NCBI GenBank assembly: GCA_964446675.1
Contig: CAYUPK010000015.1
Location: 14,753-78,752 of the forward strand
DNA from: an uncultured Wenzhouxiangella sp.
GTDB taxonomy: Bacteria; Pseudomonadota; Gammaproteobacteria; Xanthomonadales; Wenzhouxiangellaceae
Reading direction: 5' to 3'
Length of the DNA stretch: 64,000 nucleotides
The position numbers were made by a program, and so were the translations under genes. This document shows positions 60,268 to 64,000 of this stretch, piece after piece. The notes beneath the pieces were generated by a model. That model ran no database searches, was not told the DNA's origin, and was given only the letters and a program-made list of their open reading frames with translations. The stretch's first letter is position 1; the number at the start of each line of letters is the position of its first letter.

Positions 60268-61803
60268 TCAAGCAGGCAAGGCCACCAGAGGATTGTCATA
60301 CATGGGGTCATCCTTTTGTGACGCCAGGGCCTTGTCCAGATCCAGCCCCAACGCCCTGGCTACGCCCGCGCCGTAGGCCGGATCGGCTGCGTGGCAGTTC
60401 CGGATGTGGCGGAACTTGATGAATTCGGCCGCATCGCCCATGGCCCGAGCCGTGTTGTCGAACAAAACCTGCTGCTGCTGGGGCGACATCAAGTTGAACA
60501 GTTTGCCGGGCTGCTCGAAGTAATTGTCGTCGTCTTCGTGAAAGCTCCAGTGTTTGGCTTCGCCTTCAAGCCGCAGGGGCGGCTCGGAAAATTCAGGCTG
60601 AGCCTGCCACTGCCGGTGGCTGTTGGGTTCATAGTGCGGAAGGCCGCCATAGTTGCCGTCGGCCCGGCCGGTGCCGTCGCGGTGGTTGCTGTGGACTGGA
60701 CAGCGTGGTTGATTGACCGGTACCTGATAGTGGTTGACGCCCACCCGGTAGCGCTGTGCATCGGCATAGTTGATGAGACGGTTCTGCAGCATGCGGTCGG
60801 GGCTGGCGCCTATGCCGGGCACCAGATTCGCTGGTGAAAACGCCGCCTGCTCGACATCCGCGTGATAGTTTTCCGGGTTGCGGTTGAGCTCGAACTCGCC
60901 CACTTCAATCAGCGGGTAATCGCCCTTGTACCAGACCTTGGTCAGATCAAACGGGTTGTAGGGCATTTTGGCCGCGTCGGCCTCGGGCATCATCTGTACG
61001 TACATCTTCCACTTGGGGTAATCGCCACGTCCAATGGCTTCATACAAATCGCGCTGATGGCTCTCGCGATCGGTGCCAACCAGCTCGGCGGCATCTTCGT
61101 CGGATATGTTCTCGATGCCCTGCTGGGTCACCATATGGAACTTGATCCAGAAGCGCTCGCCCTTGTCGTTCCAGAAACTGTAGGCGTGTGAGCTGAAACC
61201 ATGCATGTGGCGATAGCTTTTCGGGATGCCGCGATCGCTCATGGTAATGGTGACTTGATGAAGGGCTTCGGGCAGCAGGGTCCAGAAATCCCAGTTGTTG
61301 TCAGCGCTGCGCATATTGGTGCGCGGATCGCGTTTGACGGCTTTGTTCAGATCAGGAAATTGGCGCGGGTCGCGAAGAAAGAACACAGGGGTGTTATTGC
61401 CCACCAGATCCCAGTTGCCTTCTTCGGTGTAGAACTTGAGCGCAAATCCGCGAATGTCACGCTCGGCATCGGCCGCGCCACGCTCGCCGGCCACCGTGCT
61501 GAACCGGGCGAACATTTCAGTCTTCTTGCCAACTTCGCTGAAAATTCTGGCGCGCGTGTATTTGCTGATGTCGTTGGTAACAGTAAACGTGCCAAACGCA
61601 CCCGAACCCTTGGCGTGCATGCGCCGCTCGGGGATGACTTCGCGCACAAAATTGGCCAGCCGTTCATTGAGCCAGGTGTCCTGGGCCAGCAGCGGCCCGC
61701 GCGGCCCGGCTATCAGACTGTCGCGGTTGGTGGGAACCGGTGCGCCGGCGTTGGTGGTGAGGTGCGTGACCGGGCACTGTGACTTTTTGCGTGAATCGCT
61801 CAT
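60268..61803 (-). CDS. katA: Monofunctional haem catalase (small-subunit type)
   Basis: 511 aa with [18 protein letters not shown]-type motifs ([18 protein letters not shown]), [26 protein letters not shown] and [17 protein letters not shown] Shine-Dalgarno. Confidence 0.96.
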   Translation of the reverse strand: MSDSRKKSQCPVTHLTTNAGAPVPTNRDSLIAGPRGPLLAQDTWLNERLANFVREVIPERRMHAKGSGAFGTFTVTNDISKYTRARIFSEVGKKTEMFARFSTVAGERGAADAERDIRGFALKFYTEEGNWDLVGNNTPVFFLRDPRQFPDLNKAVKRDPRTNMRSADNNWDFWTLLPEALHQVTITMSDRGIPKSYRHMHGFSSHAYSFWNDKGERFWIKFHMVTQQGIENISDEDAAELVGTDRESHQRDLYEAIGRGDYPKWKMYVQMMPEADAAKMPYNPFDLTKVWYKGDYPLIEVGEFELNRNPENYHADVEQAAFSPANLVPGIGASPDRMLQNRLINYADAQRYRVGVNHYQVPVNQPRCPVHSNHRDGTGRADGNYGGLPHYEPNSHRQWQAQPEFSEPPLRLEGEAKHWSFHEDDDNYFEQPGKLFNLMSPQQQQVLFDNTARAMGDAAEFIKFRHIRNCHAADPAYGAGVARALGLDLDKALASQKDDPMYDNPLVALPA

Positions 61804-61957
61804 GCTTGTCCTCCGAGTGTTTTAAATCACTATTGATTTATGCTATGTCTGCCCGGCTGTATAAGCAAATTTAATGTGTATATCAAAGCAATAGCAATTG
61901 ACCATGGGTCCGGGCTCACCAGTGTCCGGTACGTTCGAATCTGTTTCTGTATAACTC

Positions 61958-61981
61958 GCTGAAATTATGAATATTTTCAGC
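61958..61981. promoter_or_regulatory. Candidate operator palindrome in the katA-ubiA divergent region
   Basis: GCTGAAATTATGAATATTTTCAGC has perfect 7-bp arms (GCTGAAA/TTTCAGC) around an AT-rich 10-mer. It lies 155-178 nt upstream of the catalase ATG, in a region of about 40% GC. Confidence 0.4.
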
Positions 61982-62223
61982 CATGTCGAGGTGTCATGGA
62001 CTTGAACTTGATCGGTGGGTCAGTTCCAGAAAAGCCTATCCCAAGCCGCCTCGAAGAATCCGTCTGGACTGCAGTCGCCACCTATCTGCTAGTGTTACCT
62101 GACTTGCCGCATGGCCCTAGCGACTCTCGCTTCATGACATAATTGCGCATGCCTTGGGAGCAAGCAGCCAACGCTGGCCATCAACGGGCGAAGTGGTGGC
62201 GGTTCTCCCGACGGAAACATCTG

Positions 62224-63291
62224 ATGAGGCCCATGGAAAACAGCATCGCAATGTGGAAGAAGTCGCTTTCCCGGTTGATCATGATCGAGAACAAGGCGCA
62301 GTGGGACAGCCTCGACTTTCTTTCCCGCTGGCTGATTGCAACCCGATCGGCAGTCACCATGATCACCTTCTATTCCTGTGCCGTCGGCGGGCTGCTGGCC
62401 TGGCGTTATCTGCACGAAACCGCCAGCACGGCGGGGGTGCTCATGAGCCTTGGGACCTGGGTGATCGTTACCCTGGGTCTGTTCATCGCCCACGGTGCCA
62501 ACAACCTTCTCAACGACTACACCGACTATACGCGCGGCATTGACGAGGGCAATTATTTTCGTACCCAGTACGCCACCCATCCGCTGGCGCAGGGGTTCTG
62601 GGGCCGGCGCACGCAGTTGACCTGGTTCTGGTCGACCGGGCTGGTCGCCGCTCTGGCGGGCGTCTACGCGCTGTTATACACCGACTTTTCGGCCCCGGTG
62701 TGGTGGCTGTTCGGATTCGGTGCACTGGTGCTCTTGTTCTATACCTACCCGCTCAAGAACCTGGCGCTGGGCGAGTTTTCCATATTCCTCATCTGGGGGC
62801 CGCTGATGATCGGCGGCGTGTACTACGTTCTGACCGCGCACTGGAGCTGGCTGGTGATTCTGGCCAGCCTGCCCATCGGTCTGGTGGTGGCGGCGGTCAA
62901 TGTCGGCAAGCACACCGACAAGCGCAGCGACGACCTTGAAAGAGGCATGCGCACCTTGCCGGTGGTCATTGGCGAGGCAGCCTCACGTTATCTCACCATT
63001 ACGATGATCGTGCTGGCCTATGTGATTGTCGTTTTCCTGATTTTCGGCCTGTCGTTCCTCACCCCGGTCATGCTGCTGACACTGCTGGCCATCAAGCCGG
63101 CCGTCCCGGCGATGCGGCGGCTGTCGCGGCCGCGGCCTGAGGAAAAGCCGGCTGATTACCCGGCCGCCGTATGGCCTCGCTGGTACTCCACTGTTTGTTT
63201 CGTGCACGACAAGGCGTTCAGCAACTGGTTTGTCATCGCCCTGCTGGCCGATACGCTGATCCGCGTTTTCTTTCCTGACTTCTGGCGCTAA
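62224..63291 (+). CDS. UbiA-family aromatic prenyltransferase (MenA-like)
   Basis: Polytopic, with the NNLLNDYTDYTRGID (NxxxDxxxD) motif. ATGs at 62224 and 62233. Confidence 0.8.
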   Translation: MRPMENSIAMWKKSLSRLIMIENKAQWDSLDFLSRWLIATRSAVTMITFYSCAVGGLLAWRYLHETASTAGVLMSLGTWVIVTLGLFIAHGANNLLNDYTDYTRGIDEGNYFRTQYATHPLAQGFWGRRTQLTWFWSTGLVAALAGVYALLYTDFSAPVWWLFGFGALVLLFYTYPLKNLALGEFSIFLIWGPLMIGGVYYVLTAHWSWLVILASLPIGLVVAAVNVGKHTDKRSDDLERGMRTLPVVIGEAASRYLTITMIVLAYVIVVFLIFGLSFLTPVMLLTLLAIKPAVPAMRRLSRPRPEEKPADYPAAVWPRWYSTVCFVHDKAFSNWFVIALLADTLIRVFFPDFWR

Positions 63292-63318
63292 GTCGTCCGT
63301 CGCGGATGCGACCGCGAC

Positions 63319-64000
63319 CTACGGCCTGAATTTTGATCGGCTGCTTTCGTAGAGTGTCTGCAACAGCCCGAACACCTGGGGCTCATGTCGTTGGATCCAT
63401 TCGGGCGCATCGAAGTAGTATTCGCTGGTGACGGCGAAGTACTCGGCCGGCGATTCAGCGGCGTAGGGGTCGATGGCGGGTTCTTCGCCGCGATCGAGTG
63501 TGTCGTTGAGGCGCTCGAAGGCTTCGGAGAAACTGCGGGTCCAGTCGGCCGGGTCGATCGAGCGGGGCAGGGGCGGAAAGCCGTCCATATCGCCGCTCAA
63601 CTGATCGATCTGGTGGGCCAGTTCGTGCACGACCACGTCGAAGCCCTGGCCCTGGGCGGAGTCCATGACGTCGGCCATCGACAGCACCACCGGGCCGCGC
63701 GCCCAGGCCTCGCCGGCGCGCAGGTCGCGGCCGCGGCTGATCACGCCGGCCTCGTCCTCGATCTCTTCTTCGGCGATGAATTCGTCCGGGTAGAGGATGA
63801 AGGTGTGAAAGTCGGCACAGGCGCCAATGCCCAGGTTCAGCACAGGCCGGGCGGCCAGCAGCGCCACAGCCAGGCAGTGACCATACTCTGGCTGGAAGCC
63901 TCCTGCGCCCAGGAATGTCTTGGACGCGAGAATCTCGGTGGCCCGCTCGCCGACGCGCGCCCGCTCACCTTCACTCAGCGCTGCCAGCACCGGAAAGTCG
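63319..64000 (-). CDS. mtfA: M90-family (MtfA-like) zinc peptidase, C-terminal part; gene continues past the window end
   Basis: VVVHELAHQID (HExxH) and ...YFAVTSEYYFDAP... resemble MtfA. The ORF is open to the window edge. Confidence 0.7.
   Translation of the reverse strand, partial: DFPVLAALSEGERARVGERATEILASKTFLGAGGFQPEYGHCLAVALLAARPVLNLGIGACADFHTFILYPDEFIAEEEIEDEAGVISRGRDLRAGEAWARGPVVLSMADVMDSAQGQGFDVVVHELAHQIDQLSGDMDGFPPLPRSIDPADWTRSFSEAFERLNDTLDRGEEPAIDPYAAESPAEYFAVTSEYYFDAPEWIQRHEPQVFGLLQTLYESSRSKFRP

Overview
High-GC (about 65-68% by eye) chromosomal segment with gammaproteobacterial gene order; the taxonomic placement is an inference. I call 57 protein genes, one tRNA and no rRNA. 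I saw no transposase, integrase, phage gene or CRISPR array. Content is mostly housekeeping, in this order:
- liuB-liuC-liuD leucine catabolism genes, with liuD running off the window
- rpsO-pnp
- an LPS-core pair (GT9 heptosyltransferase and kdkA)
- purM-purN-DUF3108
- an OPT transporter
- DUF2066, a CDP-alcohol phosphatidyltransferase and hda
- asnB
- a PhoA-type alkaline phosphatase
- murU and amgK, split by a GGDEF gene
- a complete suf cluster (Rrf2 regulator, sufBCDS, sufU-like)
- a hydrolase/SDR/S9 peptidase cluster
- metY(tRNA-fMet)-rimP-nusA-infB-rbfA-truB
- a DsbG-like protein next to an OmpR-type two-component system
- suhB, trmJ, an ATL protein, catalase, a UbiA prenyltransferase and a partial MtfA

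I did not find a clear new multi-gene system such as a defence island. The most unusual signal is non-coding: several families of intergenic hairpins whose arms are short tandem repeats of 7, 8 or 9 nt.
- They fill the spacers inside the liu and suf operons.
- They also form a roughly 333-bp composite palindrome between liuB and rpsO. It contains a nested insertion flanked by a 10-bp direct repeat.

Protein-level oddities:
- a LonC-like protein with Arg at the expected catalytic Lys
- a CHASE3-GAF-GGDEF protein whose active-site motif reads GGEGF while the RxxD I-site is intact
- an orphan 614-aa protein whose stop overlaps the amgK start
- a barrel/OmpA_C/cadherin-like protein
- a SufU-like protein lacking the third Cys ligand
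- an initiator tRNA with a U1-U72 mismatch

All product calls come from reading the translations and recalling family motifs. No searches were run.
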